NCBI GenBank assembly: GCA_029778235.1
Contig: JAKOQS010000168.1
Coordinates: 7,690-71,689 of the forward strand
Direction: 5' to 3'
Source of the DNA: Chloroflexota bacterium
GTDB lineage: Bacteria > Chloroflexota > Limnocylindria > Limnocylindrales > CSP1-4
Length of the DNA: 64,000 nucleotides
The position numbers were made by a program, and so were the translations under genes. This document shows, piece after piece, positions 49,920 through 59,090 of this stretch (position 1 is the stretch's first letter; each line of letters begins with the position of its first letter). The notes beneath the pieces were generated by a model. The model was not told the DNA's origin, did no database searches, and worked only from the letters and a program-made list of their open reading frames with translations.

Positions 49920-50035
49920 TCAGGCGGCGACGATCCCGAACCACGCGAGGACGGTCCTCCGCGATGCGCGAAGGGCCTCAGGCGGTGACGACCCCGAACC
50001 ACGCGAGGACGGTCCTCCGCGATGCGCGAAGGGCC
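49920..50035. repeat. Tandem 58-bp duplication covering the 3' end and stop of the GT87 gene
   Basis: 49920-49977 and 49978-50035 differ at only 2 positions. Each copy begins with the tca (TGA on the minus strand) stop triplet. Confidence 0.9.
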
Positions 50036-50943
50036 TCGCGCGCCGTCCCGCCCCGGTCCGCCCGGAACCGTCCCCGCCATCCCCCCGTCCAGGCGGCCGC
50101 GGCCCCGCGCATCCCCGGCCATCGCGACGGCCGGGCCCACCAGAAGGGATCGGGGTGGTTCCAGATCCACGGGATCGCCGCCCACAGCAGCACGAGGTAG
50201 TCGATCCGCGCCGGGCGTGGGAAGGCGAAGACCGTCTGGACCTGGACGATCGTGGCGGGCAGCGTCGCGAGGGTGAGGATGGCCGCCAGCCCGAGCCAGG
50301 CCATGCCCCATCCCCGTGCCCGCGGCGCGAGGAGCGGCAGGAAGACGACGGGGACCCACTTCATCGCGGTCGCCAGCGCCCACAGCAGTCCGGCGATGGT
50401 CGGCCGTACCACCTGGGCCGCCCAGAGCATGAAGGCGAGCACGAGGTTGATGTTCCCGGTGTCCACGTTCGCCGCGATCGGGAAGGACAGGAGCAGCACC
50501 GCGGCCGCGGTCGCGAGCGGATGCCGGCGATACGCCCAGCCCGCCGTCCAGAAGAGCAGCAGGACCGTCGCACCGCGCCAGACGAACCAGGCGACATCCC
50601 ACGGCAGCAGCGCCCATGGGAGGAACAGCGGGAGCATCCACGGGGCGTACACGTACGGCATGAAGGGCCCCACCGCCGCGTACGGGTCGCCCCCCGCGAG
50701 CCAGATCCGGACGCCTGCCCAGTAGGCGCGGGCGTCGGCGCCGGCGGCCTCGCCCCGCGCGAGGAGCCCGGCCGAGAAGACGCCGAGGACGATCCCCAGG
50801 ATGACGATCGCGGCCAGGCGCCGCGGGTCGCGGAGCCGTCCGACCTCGCGGCGGAAGGCCCGCCGCCAGACGCCCGCGTGCGCGCGGGAGCGGCGCGCCA
50901 GCGCGTCCCCGCGCGTGCGGATCCCCGGGGCCCCGACGACCAC
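49978..50943 (-). CDS. GT87 / DUF2029-family integral-membrane glycosyltransferase
   Basis: Polytopic protein with DARAYWAG...GGDPY...PYVYAPW, typical of DUF2029 mannosyltransferase-like proteins. The start is uncertain (GTG 50943 chosen; the ORF extends to 51075). Confidence 0.7.
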   Translation of the reverse strand: MVVGAPGIRTRGDALARRSRAHAGVWRRAFRREVGRLRDPRRLAAIVILGIVLGVFSAGLLARGEAAGADARAYWAGVRIWLAGGDPYAAVGPFMPYVYAPWMLPLFLPWALLPWDVAWFVWRGATVLLLFWTAGWAYRRHPLATAAAVLLLSFPIAANVDTGNINLVLAFMLWAAQVVRPTIAGLLWALATAMKWVPVVFLPLLAPRARGWGMAWLGLAAILTLATLPATIVQVQTVFAFPRPARIDYLVLLWAAIPWIWNHPDPFWWARPSRWPGMRGAAAAWTGGWRGRFRADRGGTAREALRASRRTVLAWFGVVTA

Positions 50944-51226
50944 GTCCTCCTCCCGGCAGGTCCGCCGGCGCACGCCGCGCCGCTCGCCGCATGATGGTCG
51001 GAGGGGCGGCGGGCGCGCAAGCGTGCGGAGGCCGCGCACGCGCACGCGAACGGGTCCTCGCGCGGCGGGCGCCACGTCGCGCCGCGGGAGCCACCTCGCG
51101 CCGCGTGCGCGCGACCACGCCGCGGCGCCCGGCGGGCGCGACCATGCCGCGGCGCGCGGAGGGCGGCGCGCGCGTCATACACTCGACCGTCCGCGGCGCA
51201 CCTGCCGCGCCGGAGCCGGAGGAGCA

Positions 51227-52441
51227 GTGACCCCCGACGTCGAGACCGCCGTGACGCCCGCCGAGATCGAGGCGCTCGGCCGCGCCATCGCGGCCGCCGA
51301 GCCGGCGTTCCTCGCCGAGCTCGAGGCCCTCGTCTCCATCGACTGCGGGACCCACACGAAGGCGGGCGTGGACGCGGTCGGCGTCCGGGTGGCGGCCCTC
51401 CTCCGGGGCCTCGGCGGGACCGTGGCGGTCCAGCCGCACGCCGAGATGGGCGACTCCCTGACGGCGACCTTCCCGGGCGACCCGGCGCGACCCCGGCTCC
51501 TCCTGCTCGCACACCTCGACACCGTCTTCGACGAGGGCACGGCCGCGGCGCGTCCGTTCAGGATCGCCGACGGCATCGCGACCGGGCCGGGCGTGGCCGA
51601 CATGAAGGCCGGGCTCCTCGCGGGGATCCACGCGCTCGCCGCGGTCCGGTCCGTCCTGCCCGGGACCCTGGGTGACGTGGTCTACCTCGCGAACGCCGAC
51701 GAGGAGGTCGGCTCGCCGACATCCACCCCCCTGATCCGGTCGGAGGCGGAGCGGGCCGACGTCGCCCTCGTGCTCGAGTGCGCGCGCGCGAGCGGCGCCA
51801 TCGTGTCGTCTCGGAAGGGGACGATCGACCTGCGCATCGAGATCGCCGGTCGCGCCGCGCATGCCGGCGTTGAGCCGGAGCAGGGCCGGAGCGCGATCCT
51901 CGCCGCGGCCCACCTCGTCACCGAGCTCCACGCGCTGCCCGCGCGCTACGCCACGGTCACCTGCAACGTGGGCGTGATCGCCGGCGGGACGCGGCCGAAC
52001 GTCGTGGCCGAGCGTGCGGCCCTCCACGTGGACCTCCGGGCGGCGACCGGCGTGGAGCTCGACGCTGCGCTGGCGGAGGTCCGGGCGCAGGCGGCCGGCC
52101 TGGCGGTCCCCGACGTGACCGCGGAGGTGACAGCGACGTCGAGCTGGCGGCCGATGGAGAAGACGCCGGCGGCCGGCCGGCTGGCGACGCACGCCCGCGC
52201 CATCGCGGCCCGGATCGGCTTCGACCTCGACGACGTGGCGACCGGCGGCGCGTCGGACGGGAACACGACATCCGGGATGGGCGTGCCCACGCTCGACGGG
52301 CTCGGGCCGATCGGCGGGTCGGACCACGCGCCGTCCGAGTACGTCGAGGTCGCGTCGATCGTGCCGCGGACGACGCTCCTCGCCGCGCTGATGATCGCGG
52401 TCGCCCGCGACGCCACGTTCGCCCCGCGGGGCGCCCGGTGA
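51227..52441 (+). CDS. M20-family metallopeptidase (carboxypeptidase G2 / glutamate carboxypeptidase-like)
   Basis: LLLLAHLDTVF, GPGVADMKAG, NADEEVGSP, RAAHAGVEPEQG, GGASDGN. GTG 51227 follows GGAGGAG. Confidence 0.85.
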   Translation: MTPDVETAVTPAEIEALGRAIAAAEPAFLAELEALVSIDCGTHTKAGVDAVGVRVAALLRGLGGTVAVQPHAEMGDSLTATFPGDPARPRLLLLAHLDTVFDEGTAAARPFRIADGIATGPGVADMKAGLLAGIHALAAVRSVLPGTLGDVVYLANADEEVGSPTSTPLIRSEAERADVALVLECARASGAIVSSRKGTIDLRIEIAGRAAHAGVEPEQGRSAILAAAHLVTELHALPARYATVTCNVGVIAGGTRPNVVAERAALHVDLRAATGVELDAALAEVRAQAAGLAVPDVTAEVTATSSWRPMEKTPAAGRLATHARAIAARIGFDLDDVATGGASDGNTTSGMGVPTLDGLGPIGGSDHAPSEYVEVASIVPRTTLLAALMIAVARDATFAPRGAR

Positions 52442-52875
52442 GCGGGGCGCGCCGTCGGATCTCGTCGGGCGGCCCGTGGGAGGCGGCGGTCGGGTACAGC
52501 CGCGCGATCGTGGTCGGGGACCGGGTCCTCGTCTCGGGCACGACGGATGCAGGCCCGGACGGGCGGTCGCTGCATCCTGGCGACGCGGGCGCCCAGGCGC
52601 GGGCTGCGTTCGGCATCGTCGCGCGCGCCCTCGCCGAGGCGGGCGCGAGCCTCGACGACGTAGTCCGGACGCGGATGTACGTCGTGGACCCCGGCGACGT
52701 CGCGGCGGTCACGGCGGTCCACGGCGATCTGTTCGCGACGGCCCGGCCCGCCGCCACGCTGGTGATCGTGGCGGGGCTCATCGACCCGACGCTGCGGGTG
52801 GAGGTCGAGGCGGAGGCGCACCTGGCGGCCGGAGGCGCGCCCGGAGCCGCCACGGCCTCCGTGGTCGGCGACTAG
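52438..52875 (+). CDS. RidA/YjgF (Rid) family protein
   Basis: YSRAIVVGDRVLVSGTT..., RTRMYV, EVEAEA C-terminal pattern. The GTG overlaps the peptidase stop (GTGA). Confidence 0.8.
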   Translation: MSGARRRISSGGPWEAAVGYSRAIVVGDRVLVSGTTDAGPDGRSLHPGDAGAQARAAFGIVARALAEAGASLDDVVRTRMYVVDPGDVAAVTAVHGDLFATARPAATLVIVAGLIDPTLRVEVEAEAHLAAGGAPGAATASVVGD

Positions 52876-53207
52876 GCGAGGCCCAGCGCCCGCGCCCCGG
52901 CGACGACGACGACCGCGACGACGATCGCGGGCAGGAGCAGCGTCCGGCGCCACGCGACGATCGCCACGGCCACGGCAACCGCCGCCGCCTCGATCCCCAG
53001 GTGCAGCTGCGGGGTTCCGTCCGGGGTGACGAGGACAAGGGCGTTGACTGCGGCGAGCGAGGCGAGGACGGCCGGCCCGACCAGCCGGAGGTAGGCGAGG
53101 ACGACCGGCGGCATGCGCTCGAGCCCGGGCGCGAGGAGCGGGATCGCGCGCGACGGGTACGTCACGGCGCCCATGAGCAGCGCGAGGACGACCAGGTCGA
53201 GGCTCAC
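52872..53207 (-). CDS. azlD: AzlD branched-chain amino acid transport protein
   Basis: About 110 aa, starts MSLDLVVLALLMGAVTYPSRAIPLL, 3-4 TM segments, and overlaps the azlC stop. Confidence 0.85.
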   Translation of the reverse strand: MSLDLVVLALLMGAVTYPSRAIPLLAPGLERMPPVVLAYLRLVGPAVLASLAAVNALVLVTPDGTPQLHLGIEAAAVAVAVAIVAWRRTLLLPAIVVAVVVVAGARALGLA

Positions 53208-54001
53208 GGCGCCACCCCGATCGCCTCGTCGTGCCCGTTTGCGGACGGCGCGCCGTCCGGCGCGTCGCCGGGACGGTGCGGGATCGCCAGGCCCACGAGC
53301 GGCCCGGCGAGGCCGCCCACGATCACGCCGGCGGACATGGACGTCGCGAGCGCGACCGTGACCCCGATCACCGCGCCCGCCACGCCCGCGGTCACCTCGC
53401 GCCGCCCCGACATCACCCCGACCGCGAGCGCGCCCATGGCGGCCGGGAACACGACGTCGAGCCCGAGCACGGTGGGATCCGGGACCAGCTCACCGCCGAC
53501 GTACCCGCCGATCGTGGCCAGCTGCCAGGGGATGAGGATGAGGAGCGCGCCGATCCAGTACCCCGGGACGTCGGCGCGGCCGAGACGCCGGAAGTGCGAC
53601 AGGCCGACCGCGAAGGACTCGTCCGTCAGCACGTGCGCCATCACCGCGCGCTCGCCGCGCCCCGTCCGCTGGAGCCACGGCGCGAGTGCGGCGGAGTAGA
53701 GGAGGTGGCGCGCGTTGAGCAGGAACGTCAGCACCACGATCGCCAGCCACGGCATCCCCTGGGCGACGAACCCGACGGCGGCGAACTGCGCCGCGCCCGC
53801 GAAGACGAAGATGCTCATCGCCGCGGCCTCGACGACGGAGAAGCCGGCGCCGCGGGCGGCGAGGCCGTAGACGATCCCGAACGCGACGGCAGCGATCGCC
53901 ATCCCGCTCGCGTCGAGCGCGGCCCGGCGTCGGGAGAGGCGGAGGGCGTCCGGCGCAGGGGCGCCCCCGGTCAGGTCCGCGGCCGACGGCGGAGACGACA
54001 C
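53204..54001 (-). CDS. azlC: AzlC-family branched-chain amino acid permease subunit
   Basis: FGIVYGLAARGAGFS...MSIFVFAGAAQFAAV...LNARHLLYSAAL. GTG 54001 lies 5 nt after the upstream stop. Confidence 0.85.
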   Translation of the reverse strand: MSSPPSAADLTGGAPAPDALRLSRRRAALDASGMAIAAVAFGIVYGLAARGAGFSVVEAAAMSIFVFAGAAQFAAVGFVAQGMPWLAIVVLTFLLNARHLLYSAALAPWLQRTGRGERAVMAHVLTDESFAVGLSHFRRLGRADVPGYWIGALLILIPWQLATIGGYVGGELVPDPTVLGLDVVFPAAMGALAVGVMSGRREVTAGVAGAVIGVTVALATSMSAGVIVGGLAGPLVGLAIPHRPGDAPDGAPSANGHDEAIGVAP

Positions 54002-54005
54002 CCGG

Positions 54006-54275
54006 TCAGCGCAGCGAGGTGGACCCGCAGACGTCGCAGACGACGAAGACCGCGCGGTTCTCGCGGGCGTACCCGGCCGCATGCACGACCCCGCCGCACC
54101 CGCGCTTCCGGCAGCGCCACGTCCACCAGCGAGCCTCGTCCCCGAGCGGCGTCGTCTCAGCGGCGATCGTGTCCGCGAGCCCATCGTGTGCGGCGAGGAT
54201 GGCGTCCACCGCGGCCGATCGCTCCGCCTCGGTCTCGCTGGAGTACGGGTAGTTCTGGCCGATGTTCGAGGACAC
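54006..54275 (-). CDS. Small zinc-ribbon-like hypothetical protein
   Basis: 89 aa with CRKRGCGG...CDVCG (4 Cys). SD GGAGG upstream of GTG 54275, and a TACACT -10-like hexamer at 54328-54323 on the minus strand. Confidence 0.55.
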   Translation of the reverse strand: MSSNIGQNYPYSSETEAERSAAVDAILAAHDGLADTIAAETTPLGDEARWWTWRCRKRGCGGVVHAAGYARENRAVFVVCDVCGSTSLR

Positions 54276-54344
54276 GCGCGCCTCCGGGATGGGCAGGTGG
54301 CGGCGCCGCTCGCCGCGGCCCGAGTGTACGACGCCGGAGGGCCG

Positions 54345-54890
54345 TCAGGAGGGGAGGTCGCCGACGGCGCGGCGCCACGGCGCGGTCAACGCATCCTCGA
54401 TCTCATGGGGGATCCGGCCCCGCATCCAGACGGCGCAGCCCGCGTTCCAGGCGGCGACGATGATCGGCCGGGTCTCCGCCGGCGCGACCGACGTCTCGAG
54501 GATCCGGACCGCGAACTCGCCCAGCTCGTTGCGCTGCTGGTACGGCAGGAAGAGTTGCTTGATCGAATCGGTGAGGCCGCCCTTCGCCCGCCGGTCCGGG
54601 ACGAGCATGTGCGGGTCCGTCCCGGAGACCGCGAGGGCGAGCGACGCCATCACCTCCTGGAAGTAGTCGCCGAATGCGCGCGACTCCGCGTCCGAGAGGC
54701 GTGGCCCCTCATACCAGGCGAAGAGGTAGCCCTTCGTCGTCCGCTCGCGATCCGCGCCTTCGGCGACGAGCGAGGCCACGGCCTCGCCGAGCGCGAGCAC
54801 CTGCTCGCGCGAGAGGCTCGCCGCCCGCGCGAGGAACAGGCGCAGCGCCCGCTCGCCGCCGGCCTCGCCGCCGAGGGGTCCGTCGGCCAT
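54345..54890 (-). CDS. Hypothetical protein
   Basis: 181 aa with protein-like composition. ATG 54890 overlaps the ggt stop (ATGA), implying translational coupling. Confidence 0.6.
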   Translation of the reverse strand: MADGPLGGEAGGERALRLFLARAASLSREQVLALGEAVASLVAEGADRERTTKGYLFAWYEGPRLSDAESRAFGDYFQEVMASLALAVSGTDPHMLVPDRRAKGGLTDSIKQLFLPYQQRNELGEFAVRILETSVAPAETRPIIVAAWNAGCAVWMRGRIPHEIEDALTAPWRRAVGDLPS

Positions 54891-56608
54891 CACCACGCGG
54901 CCGGCGCCCCTTCCGAGCGGGGGTCGGTGGCCGCCGCCAGCGTGCCTCCCCGCGCGGGCCCGCCGTCGACGAGCTCGATCGCATGGCAGTGCCCGAGACC
55001 GGCGTCGAACGGCGCGGCCTCGACGACCTCGTGGCCGCGCGCCCGTAGCCCGTCGATGGTCCCCGGACCGGCCCGCGGCTCGACGCGGACGAGGCGCGGC
55101 GGGGCGTAGTGGTCCACCGGATCCACGAACCAGCGCGGCATCGCGACCGCCGCGGCGGGCGAGAGGCCGCCGTCCACCAGCGCCGGGATCACCTGGGCGT
55201 GGACCTGCGGCTGGGCATCGCCCCCCATCGAGCCGACGACGACCCACGGCCGACCGCCGCGCAGCAGCATGGCCGGCATCAGCGTGTGGAGCGTCCGCTT
55301 CCGTGGCGCGAGGCGGTTCGCGCGCGCCTGGTCGAGGCTGAAGTAGCCCCCGCGGTTCTGGTAGGCGATGCCGGTCGCCGGGTCCACGACGCCGGACCCG
55401 AAGCCGAGGTAGTTCGACTCGATGAGGCTGACGGCATCGCCGGTGCGGTCGACCACGCCCAGGAAGATCGTGCCGCCGCCCCGTGGCAGGAGCGACGGCG
55501 CCGGGTCTGCCGCTCGCCCCGGGTCGATCGACGCGGCAAGCTCGGCGACGTGCGCGTCCGCGAGGAGCTCGGCCGCCGGGAACGGCAGTGCATCGGGGTC
55601 CGTGAGGAACGCGTCGCGGTCGGCGAACGCCCGCCGCGCCGCCTCGACCCCCAGGTGGCTCCACGGCCCGCCCGCGCCCCGGCCCGTCGCGTACGCGGCC
55701 GGGTCCGGCTCCCCGAGGCGTTCGAGCACGCGGAGGATCTCGAGCGCGACGATGCCGGAGCTGTTCGGCGGGTGCGTCGCCACGACCACGTCGCGGTAGG
55801 GTGCGGTCAGGGGCTCACCGACGTCCGTCCGGTGGGCGGCGAGGTCCGCCGCGTCGATGGGGGAGCCCGCCGCGGCCAACCCTGCGGCCTGGCGCTCGGC
55901 CAGCTCACCCGCGTAAAGGTCGGATGGGCCGGCGTCAGCCAGGCGGCGCAGCGTCCGCCCGAGGGCCGGAAGCCGCACGCGCTCGCCGGGGCGCCAGGGC
56001 CGGCCGGCCGGCCGGTAGGCCGCGGCCCACGGGCGGGGATCCAGGCCGTGCATCGCCGAGTCGCCGGACGGCGCTGCGCCGAATGTCGCGAACCCCGACT
56101 CGACCGAGGCGATCCATCCGTCCGACGCGGGGAACCCGCCCTCCGCGAGCTCGATCGCGGGTGCCAGGAGGTCGGCCCACGGCAGGCGGCCCCATCGCGC
56201 GTGGGCCTCGCCCCAGCTCGCCACCGCCCCCGGCACCGTGATCGCGAGCGGGCCGCGCAGCGGCATCCGGTCGAGGCCGGCCGCCCGCACGGCATCCGGG
56301 TGGCGCGCCGCGCTGCGCCCCGACCCGTTGAGGGCGGTGAGGGTCGCGGACGACTCCCGCCACACGAGCCAGAACGCATCGCCGCCGAGGCCGCAGGCGC
56401 CACCCATCACGACGGCCAGCGTGGCGTTCGTCGCGATCGCGGCGTCCACCGCGGATCCGCCCGCGCGCAGGATCCCGAGGCCGGCCGCGGTGGCCAGGTG
56501 GTGGGGTGCGACGACCGCGCCCGAGGCGCCGCGCGCGAGCTGCGCAGGGACCAAGGGCCGGCCGTCGGGAAGGATCGCGGGCGTGCCGGGAGTGGCATCG
56601 GGCTGCAT
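54890..56608 (-). CDS. ggt: Gamma-glutamyltransferase family protein
   Basis: VAPHHLATAAGLGILRAGGSAVDAAIA, GGDAF, the autoprocessing site region PRGGGTIFLGVVD (catalytic Thr), and GSMGGDAQPQ. ATG 56608 lies 6 nt after TACGAT. Confidence 0.88.
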   Translation of the reverse strand: MQPDATPGTPAILPDGRPLVPAQLARGASGAVVAPHHLATAAGLGILRAGGSAVDAAIATNATLAVVMGGACGLGGDAFWLVWRESSATLTALNGSGRSAARHPDAVRAAGLDRMPLRGPLAITVPGAVASWGEAHARWGRLPWADLLAPAIELAEGGFPASDGWIASVESGFATFGAAPSGDSAMHGLDPRPWAAAYRPAGRPWRPGERVRLPALGRTLRRLADAGPSDLYAGELAERQAAGLAAAGSPIDAADLAAHRTDVGEPLTAPYRDVVVATHPPNSSGIVALEILRVLERLGEPDPAAYATGRGAGGPWSHLGVEAARRAFADRDAFLTDPDALPFPAAELLADAHVAELAASIDPGRAADPAPSLLPRGGGTIFLGVVDRTGDAVSLIESNYLGFGSGVVDPATGIAYQNRGGYFSLDQARANRLAPRKRTLHTLMPAMLLRGGRPWVVVGSMGGDAQPQVHAQVIPALVDGGLSPAAAVAMPRWFVDPVDHYAPPRLVRVEPRAGPGTIDGLRARGHEVVEAAPFDAGLGHCHAIELVDGGPARGGTLAAATDPRSEGAPAAW

Positions 56609-56758
56609 CCGCCGATCGTACGCGTGCGATCGTATGCGTGCGCGCGGTCGCGCGCCGGTCCGGGGCCCGGCCCCGGCCCCCGATCCGCGCTTCCTGCGGC
56701 CCCGATCCGCGCCCCGGGCAGGCCCACCCGCCTGCGCTCGCCCCGGTAGGCTGCGTGG

Positions 56759-58048
56759 GTGCAGCGCTCGCTCTGGGCCGTCATCGTCGGGACCTTCACC
56801 CTCCGGTTCAGCACGGGCCTGACGGGCACGCTGCTGGTCTACTACCTCGCGGACCTCCCGAAGCACGGCGGAGAGCCCGTGAGCCCGCTGGTGGTCGGCG
56901 TCTTCGGCGCGGTCTTCTTCGCCGCCGAGCTGCTCCTCTCGCCGGCGTTCGGGAGCCTGGGAGACCGCGTCGGCTACCACCGGGTGATGGAGCTGGGCCC
57001 GTTCTTCGGCTTCGTGGCCGTGATCATGACCGGCCTCACCACGAACACGTTCCTGCTGGGCATCACCCGGGCGCTCGAGGGCGCGTCCTCGGCGGCGAGC
57101 GTCCCCTCGATCCTCGGCTACATCGCCCTTGCCACCGCCGGCGACGTGGCGCTGCGCGGGAAGGCGTCGGCCCGCTTCGAGGCCGCGACCCTCGCCGGGC
57201 TCGGCGCGGGCATGGTCGTCGCGGGCCCCCTGTGGACCCTCGTGGGACCGGTCGCGTTCTTCATGAACGCCGCGATGTACGTGGGGTCCTGGGCGATCTA
57301 CCGCTTCGGCGTGATCGACGCCCGGGCGGACCACGCGGTCCATCACGAGCACCGGCCGGGGAGCCCGCGCCGCTACATCGCGATCCTCCGCGCCTCGCAC
57401 GTCTGGCTTCTCGCCCCGACATGGGTCGCGGTGAACGCCGCCATCGGCCTGTGGACCGGCCAGTCGATCTTCCAGCTCGTCCGCGAGCCCCCGCCGCAGT
57501 TCGCCGACCAGGCGCTCATGGGAGGGTTCTCGCCGGTCGCCATCAGCGCCGGGTTCGTCGTGGCCGGGGTCGTCTTCTTCGCCGGACTGATCTGGTGGGG
57601 GAACCGGTTCAAGAAGTTCCGGCGCACGACGATCATCGGCCTCGGCGTCGCCGGAGGCGCGGCGCTCGCCGTGGCCGGCCTGATCGTCAACCGCGGCGCC
57701 GACGCCTCGTGGCTGGTCCTCGGCGCGGCCGTGGTCGTCGCTGCAGTCGGCCTCTTCGTGCTCGCCGGCGCGACCCCGGCGGCACTGGGTCTCCTGGCCG
57801 ACATGTCGGAGGCGTACCCGCACGACCGGGGGGCGATCATGGGCCTCTACTCCGTCTTCCTCGCGCTCGGCCAGATCGGCGGCAGCCTCCTCGGCGGTGT
57901 GGCGGCCGACCTCCGCGGGATCGACGGCCTCCTCATCGCGACCCTCGTGCTCCTCGCGATCGCGGTGCTGCCGCTCTGGCGGCTGCGTGCCTACGAGCAC
58001 CGGATCGAGCCGACGCCGGACACGCCGCCCGTCACGGCCGCCGACTGA
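56759..58048 (+). CDS. MFS transporter
   Basis: 12 TM segments and the GSLGDRVGYHRV loop motif. GTG 56759 lies 6 nt after TAGGCT. Confidence 0.85.
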   Translation: MQRSLWAVIVGTFTLRFSTGLTGTLLVYYLADLPKHGGEPVSPLVVGVFGAVFFAAELLLSPAFGSLGDRVGYHRVMELGPFFGFVAVIMTGLTTNTFLLGITRALEGASSAASVPSILGYIALATAGDVALRGKASARFEAATLAGLGAGMVVAGPLWTLVGPVAFFMNAAMYVGSWAIYRFGVIDARADHAVHHEHRPGSPRRYIAILRASHVWLLAPTWVAVNAAIGLWTGQSIFQLVREPPPQFADQALMGGFSPVAISAGFVVAGVVFFAGLIWWGNRFKKFRRTTIIGLGVAGGAALAVAGLIVNRGADASWLVLGAAVVVAAVGLFVLAGATPAALGLLADMSEAYPHDRGAIMGLYSVFLALGQIGGSLLGGVAADLRGIDGLLIATLVLLAIAVLPLWRLRAYEHRIEPTPDTPPVTAAD

Positions 58049-58049
58049 A

Positions 58050-58111
58050 CCCGGGGACGTGTCGCGGGCCCGGGGACGTGTCGCGGGCCCGGGGACGTGT
58101 CGCGGGCCCGG
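58050..58111. repeat. 19-bp tandem repeat CCCGGGGACGTGTCGCGGG x3 plus a partial copy
   Basis: Three perfect copies at 58050-58106, then CCCGG before a TATCAT hexamer. Intergenic, between the MFS gene and degV. Confidence 0.9.
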
Positions 58112-58187
58112 GTATCATCCCGCCACCGACGTCGTCGGACCGCGGGCCCCCGGCGCACGGGGCGCCGACCACCGCCTGGAGGGGACA

Positions 58188-59036
58188 GTGGCCAGGGTCT
58201 CGATCGTCACCGACTCCGCGAGCGACCTCGCACCCGAGACCGCCGCCGCGGCAGGGATCACCGTCGTCCCGCTGGTCGTCCGGTTCGGCGACGAGGAGTA
58301 CGAGGCGGGGACGGAGCTGTCGGCCGATGCCTTCTGGGAGAAGATGCTCGCCCCCGGCGCTCCGTTGCCCACCACCGCCGCGGCCAGCGCGGGGACGTTC
58401 AAGGAAGCGTACGACCGGCTGTTCGACGAGGGCGCCGACGCGATCGTCTGCGTGACCGTCGGCAGCAAGCTGTCGGCGACCCACAAGAGCGCGACCATCG
58501 CCCGCGACATGCTCCCCGACCGGGACATCGAGGTGGTTGACTCGGCCAACGCATCGATGGGGATCGGGATCCTGGCCCTCATGGCGGCGGAGATGGCGGC
58601 CGCGGGGTCGGACGCGGCGACGATCGCGGCAACGCTCCGCAGCCGCGTGCCGGACCTGGACCTCTACGTGGCCCTGGACACGCTCGAGTACCTCAGGCGC
58701 GGCGGCCGGATCTCGGGCGCCCGTGCGGCGGTCGGCGAGATCCTGTCCGTCAAGCCGATCATCGCGATCCGCGACGGCGAGGTCGTGCAGGCGGAGCGCG
58801 TGCGCACGCGGTCGAAGGCGCGGGCGCGCGTGGTCGAGCTGTTCACCGAGCGGCCCGTCGAACGGATCGCGCTCCTGTCGGGCCCCGGGTCGGAGGTCGA
58901 GGCGCTTCGCGCCGACGTGATGCGGAAGCTGCCCGACCTGGATCCCGCCCGGATCCTCGTCGAGACGGTGGGACCGTCGATCGGGCCCCACGTGGGACCG
59001 GGCTTCGCCGGCGGGATCGTCCTCCGGCGCCACTGA
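58188..59036 (+). CDS. DegV-family fatty-acid-binding protein
   Basis: VSIVTDSASDL...TTAAASAGTF...VTVGSKLSATHKSA...LEYLRRGGRI...GPHVGPG. GTG 58188 follows GGAGGGGA. Confidence 0.88.
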   Translation: MARVSIVTDSASDLAPETAAAAGITVVPLVVRFGDEEYEAGTELSADAFWEKMLAPGAPLPTTAAASAGTFKEAYDRLFDEGADAIVCVTVGSKLSATHKSATIARDMLPDRDIEVVDSANASMGIGILALMAAEMAAAGSDAATIAATLRSRVPDLDLYVALDTLEYLRRGGRISGARAAVGEILSVKPIIAIRDGEVVQAERVRTRSKARARVVELFTERPVERIALLSGPGSEVEALRADVMRKLPDLDPARILVETVGPSIGPHVGPGFAGGIVLRRH

Positions 59037-59045
59037 GGAGCGCGG

Positions 59046-59090
59046 CGCCGCGCCGAACGCGCGCCGCCGCGCCGAACGCGCGCCGCCGAC
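59046..59090. repeat. 19-bp tandem repeat GCCGCGCCGAACGCGCGCC x2 plus a partial copy
   Basis: Perfect copies at 59046-59064 and 59065-59083, then GCCGACG. Starts 10 nt after the degV stop. Confidence 0.85.

Noticed and set aside
58050-58111. Possible CRISPR array or VNTR of 19-bp units.
   Set aside because: - The repeats are directly abutting with no spacers, and there are only three copies.
- No cas genes are present, so it is reported as a simple tandem repeat instead.
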